Source of the DNA: Candidatus Eiseniibacteriota bacterium
Lineage (GTDB): Bacteria; Eisenbacteria; RBG-16-71-46; CAZAMP01
Assembly: GCA_965224245.1 (NCBI GenBank)
Contig: OZ245046.1
Location: 2,112,001-2,176,000, forward strand
DNA: 64,000 nt
Reading direction: 5' to 3'
The position numbers and the translations under genes were made by a program. The notes below the pieces were generated by a model. It had not been told where the DNA came from. It searched no databases and saw only the letters and a program-made list of their open reading frames with translations. Position 1 is the stretch's first letter, and each line of letters starts with the position of its first letter. This document shows, in pieces, positions 47,557 to 59,085 of the stretch.

Positions 47557-48023
47557 GCCTGTCCTCGGAGCACCCCGATCACGTCGTCGAACGTCTCGGC
47601 CTTCAGGAGCGCCGTCCGGTTCTCGTCGTTCTTCAGGATCTCCACCAGCTTCCCCAGGAACGGCAGGTATCGGTTTGCACGATCGTTGGGCGGCGCCAGG
47701 ATCAGAAAGAACAGCGTGACCGGCTCACCGTCCACGGCATCGAAGCCGACGCCCCTGGCCGACCGCGCGAACAGCACGCTCATGTCCGACACGGCGAGCG
47801 AGCGACCATGCGGGATGGCGACGCCGCTGCCGATACCGGTGGATCCGAGCGCTTCCCGCTGCCGGAGCATCTCGAGCACGAGATCGCCGTCCCGGGTCCC
47901 GCCGGCCTTGACCAGTGCAGCGGTCAGCTCCTTCAGGACGCCGTCCTTGGATCGGGCTTTGAGCTTGGGGATGAAGTAATCGGGGCGAAAGAACTCGGTC
48001 ACGTCGAGCGCCGTCTTCGGCAT
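47553..48023 (-). CDS. PTS EIIA (Ntr/fructose-type) protein
   Basis: QREALGSTGIGSGVAIPHGR (phospho-His), GVGFDAVDGEPV.LFFL. Confidence 0.92.
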   Translation of the reverse strand: MPKTALDVTEFFRPDYFIPKLKARSKDGVLKELTAALVKAGGTRDGDLVLEMLRQREALGSTGIGSGVAIPHGRSLAVSDMSVLFARSARGVGFDAVDGEPVTLFFLILAPPNDRANRYLPFLGKLVEILKNDENRTALLKAETFDDVIGVLRGQA

Positions 48024-48117
48024 CCGGAGCTACTCCTGGCACGAGAGAGGGCGAGAATACCAACCGGATCGACTTCGGACAACCACCCGGCGACCGACCG
48101 GGCGGGCGGTGCCCCGC

Positions 48118-48894
48118 TCAGAGCTCGGCGACCGCGTCGGCCGGCACCCAGCCCTTGAGATCGGACCCGAGCGCGATCTCCCGCCAGCGTCCGAGCTCGC
48201 GCGCGACCCGCACCTCGGTGCCGGCGTGCAGCGTGAACACGGTTCGGCTGTCGTCGCCCGGCTCGTTGGTGACGTCCAGCTCGGGGACCAGCACCACGGC
48301 GGACGGTCCACCCCCGGCGTCGATCGCGCGCCGGAGCCCGAGCGACCCCACGAGCACGACACAGGCCACGCCGAGGGTCCAGAAGAGCGCGCCGCGTCCG
48401 CGGCGCCATCCGGGCAGGAGCAGTGCCACGACCGCCGCGATGCCCAGTGCCCAGTACGCGCCCAGCGCGAGTGTCCAGACCGCCGGCTCGGGCAGGATCG
48501 AGACCGCCGAGACCACCGCGCCGAGCATCCGCGATCCCTCGCGCTCGGGGGCGGCATCGGCGGTGAGGCCGCGTGCGAACTCGAGGTTCGCGCGGATGTC
48601 CGCATCCCAGGGATCCAGCTGCTCGGCCTTCGCGTAGGCCCAGACCGCTCGCCCCACATCGTCGCGCCGGAGGGCCGCGTTGCCGAGGTTGAAGTAGACC
48701 TCCGGGGCCACGGCGCCGAGGTCCAGGATCGCCTCGTATGCCTGTGCCGCGCCCGCGTAGTCCTCTGCCTGATAGAGCCGGTTGCCCTGCTCGAAGAGCG
48801 CCAGCGCGTCGGGCGGTGACCCGGTGGCGTCGGCGTACCCGGCCGACGCGAGGATCGCGAGCATCAGCCGGGCGCGGGTCCACCGTCGGGTCAT
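48118..48894 (-). CDS. batE: BatE-like TPR + SH3 protein
   Basis: FEQGN..Y...DY..A..AY, YFNLGNA, DIRANL; TMs; LHAGTEV..W..I..GWV. Confidence 0.85.
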   Translation of the reverse strand: MTRRWTRARLMLAILASAGYADATGSPPDALALFEQGNRLYQAEDYAGAAQAYEAILDLGAVAPEVYFNLGNAALRRDDVGRAVWAYAKAEQLDPWDADIRANLEFARGLTADAAPEREGSRMLGAVVSAVSILPEPAVWTLALGAYWALGIAAVVALLLPGWRRGRGALFWTLGVACVVLVGSLGLRRAIDAGGGPSAVVLVPELDVTNEPGDDSRTVFTLHAGTEVRVARELGRWREIALGSDLKGWVPADAVAEL

Positions 48895-50660
48895 GCCGGC
48901 GCCCCCGCGCTCCGAGAGCGAGCCAGCGCCTCGACCAGCTCCCGTGCCTCGCGGGCCAGGGGATCGAGCCCGCCACTCGCCGCCATCGGCGCAAATCGTT
49001 TCATGTCACATTGATCCCCGAATGATCTCACCCGTTTCACGAGGTCGGGGTCCACCCCCTCGGCCTCGAGCGCCGCGACGGCCTCCCGCGCGGTCAGCGT
49101 GCTCGACGGCGAATCCAGCCGATCGGCCAGGAAGCCGCCGACGGCGTTCCAGAGCGCCGACGCATCGTCCTCGGTGAGCGCCCGATCGATGGATGCCTGG
49201 GCCCGCACGAGCGCGCCGCGCCGCCGCCGGCCCGTGACGTCGCCCTCGAGTCGCTCGCGCCGGCGCCGCCACACGAACGCACCGGCCACGCCCAGAGCCG
49301 GAAGGAGGTGGATCCAGGCGGTCGCGCGGAGCCCGCTGCCGGCGTCGCCGGCGGTACGGAACCGCGGCGCGTCGGTCCGGATGAAGCGCAGGTCATCGTG
49401 CAGGAGCTCCACGGTTCCCTTCCCGATCGCGCCGAAGCGATCCCCGCCGCCGGTCCCCGGACGCACCGTCACCGGGAACGGCCCCGCGGTGAGCGTGCGG
49501 TAGGCGGCGCGATCGGCGTCGAAGTAGGTGAAGCGAACCTCGGGGATCTCCAGCTCGCCGGCCACCAGTGGCACGAAGGCGCGCTCGATCACACGCGTCC
49601 CGCCGAGCCGCCCCCGCATCAGCTGGGGCTCGGTCACGCTCGAGGCATCGAACACGCGAAACCGCGACGTCTCCGGCACCGCGACCGCCTCCCCGCTGCC
49701 GAGGTTGCCCTGGCCGGCGATGCGGATGGTCAACGTGACCGGGTCGTTCTGATCGACGGTGTCGGTGTCGAGGGTCGCCGACATGTCGAACGATCCCACG
49801 GCGCCGGCGAACGACGGGTCGTCGGTCGGGGGCAGCGGCCGAACCGTGATCTCGAGCGGCTCGCTCGTGACCACGACGCTCCGACGCTCGCGAAATCCCC
49901 CGAAGAACGAGAACCGGTCGCGCCGGCGGCCGGAGGGCACCGACGCCTCGAGCCGCGCGGAGCCGATCGCCTTTCGACCCTCCCCCAGGGGAAACAACGC
50001 GTACCGGAAGCGCTGCACGTTGTACCGCACGCCCTCGAAGACCTCGGTGTCGGGCTCGCGATCGGGCAGCCGCTCGGTGATGAACCCGGTCGTCGGTGGG
50101 GGCTGGTAGTCGCTGTCGAAGATCGTGCCCCGGTAGTAGCACGACACGGTCAGGAGAACCTGCTCACCCTCGTACACGTCGTCGCTGTCGACGGTGGCCA
50201 CGAGGAACAACGTGTCGGGGGCGTCGTCGTCGCGAGCCGTGGGCGAGGACCGTCCCGCGCGTCGCTCCTCGACGGTGATCGTGAAGGGCTCGGTCCGGTA
50301 CACGGTGCCGTCGACGGTCACCGCGATCGACGGCACCGTCAGCTCACCTGCCGCGCGCGGCACCAGCGTGTACCGGTACTGGAACGACGCGTCCATCTGC
50401 CCGTTGACGATCCGCGTCTGCTGGGACGTGCCGCTGGAGAAGACGTCGCACGCCTGGTGCAGCGCGTCGGGCAGCTCGGGGGTCCGCTGGCGATTCGGCG
50501 TGCCCTCGATGTCGATCGTCAGCACGAACCCCTCCCCCACGGTCGCCGTGCGACGATCGGCGGAGGCGGAGACGTCGATCGCCGCCCGCGAGACCGACGC
50601 GACCAGCGCCAGGGATGCGATCGCGACCCGGGTCGCGACCGAGACGTGTCGAGAGCTCAC
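48891..50660 (-). CDS. batD: BatD family protein
   Basis: IVNG..Y.Y.L.P..AG.L.VP, VYEGEQV, GAVG.F, G.GNL, F.YFD. Confidence 0.88.
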   Translation of the reverse strand: MSSRHVSVATRVAIASLALVASVSRAAIDVSASADRRTATVGEGFVLTIDIEGTPNRQRTPELPDALHQACDVFSSGTSQQTRIVNGQMDASFQYRYTLVPRAAGELTVPSIAVTVDGTVYRTEPFTITVEERRAGRSSPTARDDDAPDTLFLVATVDSDDVYEGEQVLLTVSCYYRGTIFDSDYQPPPTTGFITERLPDREPDTEVFEGVRYNVQRFRYALFPLGEGRKAIGSARLEASVPSGRRRDRFSFFGGFRERRSVVVTSEPLEITVRPLPPTDDPSFAGAVGSFDMSATLDTDTVDQNDPVTLTIRIAGQGNLGSGEAVAVPETSRFRVFDASSVTEPQLMRGRLGGTRVIERAFVPLVAGELEIPEVRFTYFDADRAAYRTLTAGPFPVTVRPGTGGGDRFGAIGKGTVELLHDDLRFIRTDAPRFRTAGDAGSGLRATAWIHLLPALGVAGAFVWRRRRERLEGDVTGRRRRGALVRAQASIDRALTEDDASALWNAVGGFLADRLDSPSSTLTAREAVAALEAEGVDPDLVKRVRSFGDQCDMKRFAPMAASGGLDPLAREARELVEALARSRSAGAPA

Positions 50661-50662
50661 CG

Positions 50663-52582
50663 CTACCAGTCCTTTTCCACCGGAACCCGGCTGCGTCGCG
50701 CCTCCAGCAGCTGGCGCAGGTGTTCCCGCTCGGCTTCCTCGAGCTTGTCGAGCTCCCGGCGGGCTTCCTCGGGCGAGATACGCGCCTCTTCGGGCTGCGG
50801 TTCCTCGCCCTGGGAGGCGTCACCCCCCTGCGGCGTCTGCTGCTCGTCCGGGCTCGCGTCCGGAGGCGTCGACCCGTCGTCGGGCGGCTCCTGCCCGGAG
50901 TCCTGGGAGTCGTCGGGGTCGTCGGAATCGGGCGGAGGCTGATCCGGCGACGGTCCCTCGTCGGGCGGCTGCTGACCCTCCTGGCCTCGATCCTGGTCCT
51001 GATCCTGCTGCTGATCCTGCGGCTGCTGCTCGGGAGACGACGAGGAGTCGGGCTCCTGCGACTCGAGCATCCGCTGGACCAGCTCGAGGTTGTAGCGTGC
51101 CTCGGCATTGCCGGGGTCGCCGCGCAGCACGTCCTTGAAGATGCGCTCAGCCTCGGCGAGGTTGTCGAGCTCCGCCTGCGCGTTGCCGGCGTTGTAGAGC
51201 GCCGAGGACGTCAGGGCGGCGTCGCCCGCCCGGGCCGCGCGCTGCCAGTCGCCGATCGCCTCGGCGAGCGCGGCCGAGTCCGGTGCGCCGGCGCGAAACC
51301 GGGCGTTGGCCAGGTTGTAGGAAAGCTCGGGGCGCGCATCCCCGGACACGATGGCCTCGCGATAGCCGCTGGCGGCGGCGGCGTAGTCGCCGGCCTCGTA
51401 CGCCCGGGCGGCCTCGATCGCCTCGCGCGACCACCGCTCGGCCGCAGCCGCCCCGGTCCCGAGCACCGTCGTGCACAGCACCAGCAGGCCGACGGCGGTG
51501 GTCGCGACGGCGCGTCCGTCCGGGCCGCTCCCGCGCGGGGGCGCCGGGCCGCCGCGCGTCGCCCGGGACCCCGCGGATCGACGGCGGCGCGCCGCGTCCC
51601 CGATCAGCAGCTCGAGCGCGAGCAGGAGCACCGCCGGTGCCAGGAAGACGACGTACCGATCGTCGTACAGCTTGAACATGCCGGCCTCGAACGCCTTCTC
51701 CTCCAGGTCGGCCAGGAGGTCGGCCACGTAGTCGACCCCCTCGGCGCCGCGTCCCACGGGGATGTACGCGCCGCCGGTCTCGACGGCGATTCGCTCCAGC
51801 AGCGCCTCGTCGAGTCGTGACATGACGACGCGCCCCTCCCGATCGGACTTGTACGAGCGCCCGCCACGCTCGTCCACGATCGGGATGGGCTCGCCCTCGA
51901 CGCGGCCCATGCCCAGCGCGTAGACGCGGACACCGGCACGCGACGTCTCCTCGATGGCGGCGTCGACGTCTCCCTCGTGGCTCTCGCCGTCGGTGATCAG
52001 GAGGATCGCCCTGGCGTCGGAGCGGTCGTCGTCGTCGAAGCACTCGCGCGCGCGTGTCAGCGCGTCGGCGAGGGCCGTCCCCGGCCGAGCGAGCATACCG
52101 GGCTCGACCACGTCGAGCATCAACCGGATGGCCGAATAGTCGACCGTGAGCGGTGATTGCACGACGGCCTCGCCGGCGAACACGACCAGCCCGACCCGAT
52201 CCCCCTCGAGGCGCTGGAGGAGATCCTTCACGTCCTGACGCGCCCGGGCCAGGCGGCTGGGCTTGATGTCCTCGGCGGTCATGCTCAGTGACACATCGAG
52301 CGCCACGACGATGTCGACGCCCTTCTGTGAGACGTTGACCCAGTCCAGAGCCGACTGCGGTCTCGCCGCGGCCAGGGTCAGCAGCGCAACCGCTCCCAGG
52401 AGGGCCGTGCGCCGGAGCGCCGGCCACGCTCCCGTCGAGCGCGGACCGAGGCGGCCCAGGACGCCCGCGTCGCCCAGCTCGGCCAGCAGGGTCCGGCGTC
52501 GCGCCCGCGCCCACAGGAACACCGCGACCAGGAGCGGCACCGCCAGGAGAAGCCATCTCACTTCGGGATAGGCGAATCGCAC
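50663..52582 (-). CDS. BatB-BatC fusion (VWA + TPR + Q/P/D-rich tail)
   Basis: DVSLSM MIDAS, PSRL, DRVGLVVFAG, PLT.D, ITDGESH; TPR YNLAN/YNAGN/ARYNLE; ends VEKDW. Confidence 0.88.
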   Translation of the reverse strand: MRFAYPEVRWLLLAVPLLVAVFLWARARRRTLLAELGDAGVLGRLGPRSTGAWPALRRTALLGAVALLTLAAARPQSALDWVNVSQKGVDIVVALDVSLSMTAEDIKPSRLARARQDVKDLLQRLEGDRVGLVVFAGEAVVQSPLTVDYSAIRLMLDVVEPGMLARPGTALADALTRARECFDDDDRSDARAILLITDGESHEGDVDAAIEETSRAGVRVYALGMGRVEGEPIPIVDERGGRSYKSDREGRVVMSRLDEALLERIAVETGGAYIPVGRGAEGVDYVADLLADLEEKAFEAGMFKLYDDRYVVFLAPAVLLLALELLIGDAARRRRSAGSRATRGGPAPPRGSGPDGRAVATTAVGLLVLCTTVLGTGAAAAERWSREAIEAARAYEAGDYAAAASGYREAIVSGDARPELSYNLANARFRAGAPDSAALAEAIGDWQRAARAGDAALTSSALYNAGNAQAELDNLAEAERIFKDVLRGDPGNAEARYNLELVQRMLESQEPDSSSSPEQQPQDQQQDQDQDRGQEGQQPPDEGPSPDQPPPDSDDPDDSQDSGQEPPDDGSTPPDASPDEQQTPQGGDASQGEEPQPEEARISPEEARRELDKLEEAEREHLRQLLEARRSRVPVEKDW

Positions 52583-52585
52583 GGC

Positions 52586-53587
52586 TCACTCCCAGGTTCG
52601 GAGGCAGACGGTCTGCCCCGCGATCAGCTCCACGAGAAGCACGAGCAACGCCAGGAGCGCGAGGGTCGGGCCGACCTCCGAGTAGCGGACGTAGACCTCG
52701 GTCTCGATCTCGGTCTTCTCCATCTCGCTGATCCGATCGTAGATCCGCCCCAGCGCCTCGGGATCGGTGGCCCGGAAGTACAGACCGCCGGACGTCGTGG
52801 CCACGTCGGTGAGCGTCTCCTCGTCGAGCTTGCTCTCGTAGTAGACGTATCGCTTGCGACCGAACGCGTCGATCTCGGGGAACGGGACCTTCTCCTTCTC
52901 GGATCCTACACCGATCGTGTAGACGCGGATCCCGAGCGACTTGCAGAGCTCGGCGGCGGTCGCCGGATCCACCGCACCGGCGTTGTTGATCCCGTCGGTC
53001 AACAGGATCACGACCTTGCTCTCGGCCTCGGAGTCCTTCAGGCGATTGGCGGCGGTGGCGATGGCCATCCCGATCGCGGTGGCGTTCGGGTCGCCGACGT
53101 CCTCGAACCGGACGTTCCGCACCAGCCCGGCCAGGACACCGTAGTCGCGGGTCAGGGGACACTTCGTGAACGCGTCCCCCGCGAAGATGACGAGCCCGAT
53201 GCGGTCGCCGGTCCGGCCCATGACGAAGTCGGCGGCTCGCTCCTTGGCCACGTGGAGGCGATTCTCGGGCTGAAAGTCCTCGGCCCGCATCGAGCCCGAG
53301 ACGTCCAGCGCCAGGACGATGTCGATGGCGTCGCCCACGAGCTGCTCCTCGCGCTCACCGAACTGCGGTCGCGCGAGCGCGATGATCCCCAGCCCGATCG
53401 CCGTCGCGCGGAGCCAGGGAAGCGCGCGGTGGAGGCGCACCCGCACGCTGATGCCCACGCGCGCCAGATCGGAGACGCCGGGGTAGGTGATGCGGCTCCG
53501 ATGACGCTCACGTGCCGGGCGCGTCGCGGCGTAGAGGAGCAAGAGGACCGGCAGCGCCAGGAGCACGAGCGGATACGCGAACCTCAC
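52586..53587 (-). CDS. batA: BatA VWA domain protein
   Basis: ALARPQ, DVSGSM.AEDF.P.NRL, DRIGLVIFAG, TAIG.AIA.A..RL, ILLTDG.NNAG, GG.YFRA. Confidence 0.9.
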   Translation of the reverse strand: MRFAYPLVLLALPVLLLLYAATRPARERHRSRITYPGVSDLARVGISVRVRLHRALPWLRATAIGLGIIALARPQFGEREEQLVGDAIDIVLALDVSGSMRAEDFQPENRLHVAKERAADFVMGRTGDRIGLVIFAGDAFTKCPLTRDYGVLAGLVRNVRFEDVGDPNATAIGMAIATAANRLKDSEAESKVVILLTDGINNAGAVDPATAAELCKSLGIRVYTIGVGSEKEKVPFPEIDAFGRKRYVYYESKLDEETLTDVATTSGGLYFRATDPEALGRIYDRISEMEKTEIETEVYVRYSEVGPTLALLALLVLLVELIAGQTVCLRTWE

Positions 53588-54609
53588 GGGCGCCTCCCCT
53601 GTTCGGCCCATGGCCGTGGCGCGTGACCGTCCGCGCTCGGCCCCGCCGGCGGCGACGACCGCACCGACGTCACGGTCGCCGTGGTGAGCGTCACGAACGC
53701 CCTGGCCGCCGCGAGGTCGCGAGAGGGCACGTCGGTGGCGGGAACGGCCTTCGCGAACTTCACCGCGTCTCCCTCGTGGAGCACGCCCCGGAGCGACAGG
53801 ACGGCCTGATCGGGTGCCTGGGCCTGGCGCAGTGCGGCCAGCGTCTCGCTCGTGGTCAGGTCCGGGGCGTCGACGCCGTAGCGCTCGGCCACGTAGTGAC
53901 GCAGGATGTCGGTGAGCTCGGTGTAGAACGCCTTCCACGGTCCCATCCGGGCCAGGTCGGAAGCCGCCAGACGCGACAGCGCGGCCAGCGCCCGCTCGTG
54001 CGCCGGGGCCGGCGGAGTCGCCGGCAGGATCGGCGCCCGACCCCGACGACGCCACCACGCGGTGATGAGCGCGGCCAGCGCCAGCGCGGCCGCCGCCGCC
54101 ACGATCCACGGCCAGCGACGTGCGGGCGGTCGGATGGGCACGGCCTCCCGGATCGGCAGGAGTGACTCGGCATCGGCGGGGACCGTGGAGAGGACGGTCA
54201 CGGTCAGGCTCTCGCTCACCGCCACGCACAGGTCGCCCGCCGCCCTGGCCGCGAAGCGCAATGGGGCGACGCGATGCCGCCCCACGGCGAACGCCGCGGC
54301 ATCGATCACGACGTGCGCGGTGTCCCCCCGGTCGAGCGCGCGCTCGATGCCCGTGACCTCGATCGGGCCGAGCTCGGCGAGCGGCGTGATCATCTCGATG
54401 GCCTCCAGCCCGGGATGAACCAGCTCCGCGTCGACCCGGAACGGCTGTCCCATCAGGAGCGAATCGGCGTGCACGCGGACGACGACCGGAACCACGACCG
54501 TGTCCGGGACCGACTCCGCCGCCTCCTGGGCTCCCGTCGCCGAGCCGGCGTGGAGGACCGCGAGGATCACCGCCGCCCGGGCCGCGTCACGAGCGCTCCC
54601 GATCGCCAT
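53584..54609 (-). CDS. Bat-operon membrane protein (signal, Ig-like domain, TM, C-terminal helical domain)
   Basis: FYTELTDILRHYV..RYG..A..LTTSE, D.VKFAK; typical position between DUF58 and batA. Confidence 0.8.
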   Translation of the reverse strand: MAIGSARDAARAAVILAVLHAGSATGAQEAAESVPDTVVVPVVVRVHADSLLMGQPFRVDAELVHPGLEAIEMITPLAELGPIEVTGIERALDRGDTAHVVIDAAAFAVGRHRVAPLRFAARAAGDLCVAVSESLTVTVLSTVPADAESLLPIREAVPIRPPARRWPWIVAAAAALALAALITAWWRRRGRAPILPATPPAPAHERALAALSRLAASDLARMGPWKAFYTELTDILRHYVAERYGVDAPDLTTSETLAALRQAQAPDQAVLSLRGVLHEGDAVKFAKAVPATDVPSRDLAAARAFVTLTTATVTSVRSSPPAGPSADGHAPRPWAEQGRRP

Positions 54610-55531
54610 CAGCGTCGCCGCCTCTGATCCCTGGCGCGGAAGAAGTCGTGCATCGGACGAACGTAGTCACCGGTGGTGTCGATGCGGATGTGATCCACTC
54701 CCGCCGAGCGAAGCGTCTCGGTGAGCCGCGCCCGGCGCTCGGCCCGGAGCGCCTGGTACGCCGCGCGCACGGCGGGGTCGCCGAGGTCGAGGGTCGCGCG
54801 CTCGCCCGACTCGGGGTCGACGCCCTCGACGAGCCCATCTCCGCGGAGCGCGAGCTCGAACGGGTCAAGCACCTCGATCGCGATCACGTCGTGACGCCGG
54901 GCCAGCACCGACAGCGGCTGGCGAAACCCGGTGTCCTGAAAGTCCGAGATCACGAAGATGACGGCCCCTCGCTTGTGAACGCGCGCGGCGAACTCCAGGG
55001 CGGCGCCGATGTCGGTCCCCCTGCCCTCCGGCTCGAAGAACAGGATGTCGCGGACCAGGCGGAGCACGTGGGAGCGTCCCTTGCGCGCCGGGATGTAGCT
55101 CTCGACGCGATCGGTGAACGGGATCAGCCCCACCTTGTCCTTGTTCCGCACCGCGCTCATGGCCAGCACGGCGGTGATCTCGGCCGAGGTCTGTCCCTTG
55201 GTGCGCGCCGCCAGCCCGAAATCGGTGGAGCCGGAGAGATCCACGACGAACGTCACCGTGAGCTCGCGCTCCTCGACGTATCCCTTCACGTACGGCTCGC
55301 CCTGCCGGGCGGTGACGTTCCAGTCGATGGAGCGAACGTCGTCTCCGGGGACGTACTGCCGCACCTCGTCGAACTCCATGCCGCGTCCCTTGAACGCGGA
55401 GTGGTACTCGCCCTGGAAGAGGTTCTGCACCATCCGTCGCGTGCGGATCTCGATCCGCCGGACCTGGGCGACGACGTCGCGGGGAAGCGGCAATCGCTCG
55501 CGGCCGGCCCCCGTTCGCGCGCCGGGAGACA

Positions 55532-55532
<1 letters not shown>
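54609..55532 (-). CDS. DUF58 (VWA-like) protein
   Basis: GEYHSAFKGRGMEFDEVRQY.PGDDVRSIDWNVTAR, EERE, VDLSGS, ISDF. Confidence 0.93.
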
Positions 55533-56518
<986 letters not shown>

Positions 56519-56705
56519 GAGCCCTCCTTGCCTCCCGGTTCCATGCGCCGAGACGGGGCTCGGCCCTCGCCACGGCGTCACCGCCGGGCGCTCAACGACC
56601 GTAGCTGAGATCTTCGGAAATGACGGCCTGCCGGGCTGAACCGGCGCCCCCTCGGGGACGTCCCGCGCATCGCGCGACCTCGGCGGCCCAAACTCGGGAC
56701 ACGAG

Positions 56706-56734
56706 ACCATACCGACACGCCGGTGACGAGACAA
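56706..56734 (-). promoter_or_regulatory. Putative sigma70 promoter of the moxR-bat operon
   Basis: TTGTCT-N17-TATGGT on the minus strand. Confidence 0.45.
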
Positions 56735-56967
56735 GCGCCAAGCCGGCGCGCGACGGGTCGGCCCTGTTCGTGTACACGCGAGACCCCGGTCCAGATCCAC
56801 CGGAGCCTCGGTTCGTCCGAGCCACCGCCGTGCGATCGGCCGGAGCGGACCGCAGCCGACCGCACGCCCATCCGACGAACATAGATGATCCGGAGGTCCC
56901 GGATGCCCGATCCGGCTGGCCAGCGCGTCGCGTCCACGAACACCATCAGCGGGAGTCCGAGCGCGAG

Positions 56968-58671
56968 ATGTTCTCACGCACCCACGTTCCGACCGCCATC
57001 GCCGGCACCGCCGCGCTCGTCTCGGGCCTGGGCGCCTGGCTGGTGACCGAGCTGGGGACCGTGCCCGCCGGGGCCGTCACCGAGCTGATCGGCGCCGCCG
57101 CCACGACCGCCAGCCTCGACTCCCCCGACTTCGCCGACGCCCTGTACGGCGTCGTCCGGCGCTCCGACGCGCGCGCCGCGGCGGTCATCGACGCCGAGGG
57201 ACGGATCACCCACCACACCGACTCGAAGCGGATCGGGCACTGGGTGCCTCCGAGCACCGCCCGCGTCGGCGATGCGATCGCCCAGACCGTGTTCGGCGAG
57301 CGGGGACCGACCACGATCGTCCGGATCGGGGTCGACCAGCGCGAGCTGGTGGTCCTGGGTGCGGCTCCCCACTCGCTCGCCCGCATCCTGCCGTTCCTGC
57401 TCCTGGCCGTGGCCACGGGCGCGATCGCGTGGGGGGTCGGCGCGCGGACCAATCGGGCGCTCGAGGGGACCGAGAGCGAGCTCGATCCGATCCGCCGGGC
57501 CCTGGTCGCCGACGGCACGTTCCCTGAGCGGGGGGATCTGGACGGCGACCAGATCGCCGATCTCGTGGTCGAGGCGCTCGAGTCGTCCGAGTCGCTGCAT
57601 CTGGAGTGCCGGACGCTGGAGTTCGAACGCAACCGGCGCCAGCAGGTTCTGGACAGCCTGCCCGACGGCGTCGTCATGACCGACAACATCGGCGACGTGA
57701 CGTACGTCAATCGCGCGGGTGCGGCGCTGATGAGCGTCCGGGCCGAGGACGCGATCGGACAGCCGTTCGGGGCGCTGAACGCCGCGCTGGCGTCGGCGGC
57801 GGCCAGCGCCCAGCGGACGGGGCGGGCCGTGCTCTCGACCGGAGAGGAGCCCGCGCGGCGCCATCTCCTCCTGAGACGCGTGCACCTCGTCGCGGACGGA
57901 AGCCCGACCGGAACGCTCTACTCCGTCCGCGACGTCACGCAGCAGCACGCGGCCGAGCGCGCCCAGGCCGAGTTCGTCTCCCAGCTCTCTCACGAGCTGA
58001 AGGCGCCGCTGAACACGATCGTGACCTACGTGGACGCGCTCGCCGACAGCGAGCTCCTGGACGAGAACGAACGCGGCCAGTACTTCAACACGCTCTCCAG
58101 CGAAGCTCAGCGCATGGGACGGCTGATCTCGAACCTGCTGCAGATCTCCCGCATCGAGCTGGGCAACCTCTCGGCGAAGTTCGCGTTCGTCAAGTCGTCC
58201 ACGCTGATCCGCAATCTCGCCGAGTCGTTCACGTCCCAGGCCGAGGGACTCGGGCACACGCTGCGCGTCAACGTGCCGAGTAACCTCCCTCCGCTCTACG
58301 GAGACAAGGACCTCCTGAGCGTCGCGATCTCGAACCTCGTGTCGAATGCGATCAAGTACACACCGCCCGGGGGTGACATCGAGGTCACCGCCGCGGTCGA
58401 CGTGGAGGGCCTCGTCATTCGCGTTCGCGACTCGGGGATCGGCATCCCCGACGACGAGCTGGATCGGGTCTTCGAGCGATTCCATCGCTCCGAGCAGCCC
58501 GAGGTCCGCGAGGTCGGTGGCACCGGGCTGGGCCTGTCCCTGGTGCGGGAGATCGTCCAGCTGCACGAGGGACGCGTCCGCGTCGAGAGCACGATCGGTC
58601 AGGGCAGCGAGTTCATCATCGAGCTGCCCATCCGCGAGGTGGGGGAACGTCTGGACCTGGCGGCCGCGTAG
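56968..58671 (+). CDS. Membrane PAS-domain sensor histidine kinase
   Basis: Two TMs, PAS (SLPDGVV...VNRA), SHELKAPL, NLVSNAIKY, DSGIGI, FERF, GGTGLGL. Confidence 0.94.
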   Translation: MFSRTHVPTAIAGTAALVSGLGAWLVTELGTVPAGAVTELIGAAATTASLDSPDFADALYGVVRRSDARAAAVIDAEGRITHHTDSKRIGHWVPPSTARVGDAIAQTVFGERGPTTIVRIGVDQRELVVLGAAPHSLARILPFLLLAVATGAIAWGVGARTNRALEGTESELDPIRRALVADGTFPERGDLDGDQIADLVVEALESSESLHLECRTLEFERNRRQQVLDSLPDGVVMTDNIGDVTYVNRAGAALMSVRAEDAIGQPFGALNAALASAAASAQRTGRAVLSTGEEPARRHLLLRRVHLVADGSPTGTLYSVRDVTQQHAAERAQAEFVSQLSHELKAPLNTIVTYVDALADSELLDENERGQYFNTLSSEAQRMGRLISNLLQISRIELGNLSAKFAFVKSSTLIRNLAESFTSQAEGLGHTLRVNVPSNLPPLYGDKDLLSVAISNLVSNAIKYTPPGGDIEVTAAVDVEGLVIRVRDSGIGIPDDELDRVFERFHRSEQPEVREVGGTGLGLSLVREIVQLHEGRVRVESTIGQGSEFIIELPIREVGERLDLAAA

Positions 58672-58692
58672 CCGTCGCCCGGGGAGGAACCG

Positions 58693-59085
58693 GTGTCACA
58701 CATCTTGATCGTCGACGACGATCCCGCCGTCGCACGCGTGCTGGCGATGATGTTCGAGAGATCCGGATACCGGGTCGACGTGGCCAACGACGGCCAGGAG
58801 GCGCTCGAACGCCTCGGTCGGATCCGCGCGGACGCGATGATCTGCGACATCAACATGCCGCGCCTCAGCGGGCGTGAGCTCTGCATCACGCTGTGGCGAG
58901 ACGGCCCCTACCTCCCGCGATGCGTCTGCATCGTGACGTCCTCGACGAACCTCGAGGAGCGAGACTGGCTGGATGAGATGCCGGGAGTCGAGCTGGTCGA
59001 GAAGCCGGTCAGCCCCCGTGCGCTTCTCGGACGCGTGGGCGAACGACTGGCCAGCCTCGAAGGGGAGAAGGAATCGGCGGCATGA
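58693..59085 (+). CDS. Single-domain response regulator
   Basis: ILIVDDD, CDINMP..SG, EKP; GGGGAGG RBS. Confidence 0.92.
   Translation: MSHILIVDDDPAVARVLAMMFERSGYRVDVANDGQEALERLGRIRADAMICDINMPRLSGRELCITLWRDGPYLPRCVCIVTSSTNLEERDWLDEMPGVELVEKPVSPRALLGRVGERLASLEGEKESAA

Noticed and set aside
50760-51065. Low-complexity Q/P/D-rich stretch
   Set aside because: Typical BatC-type linker inside a coding region.
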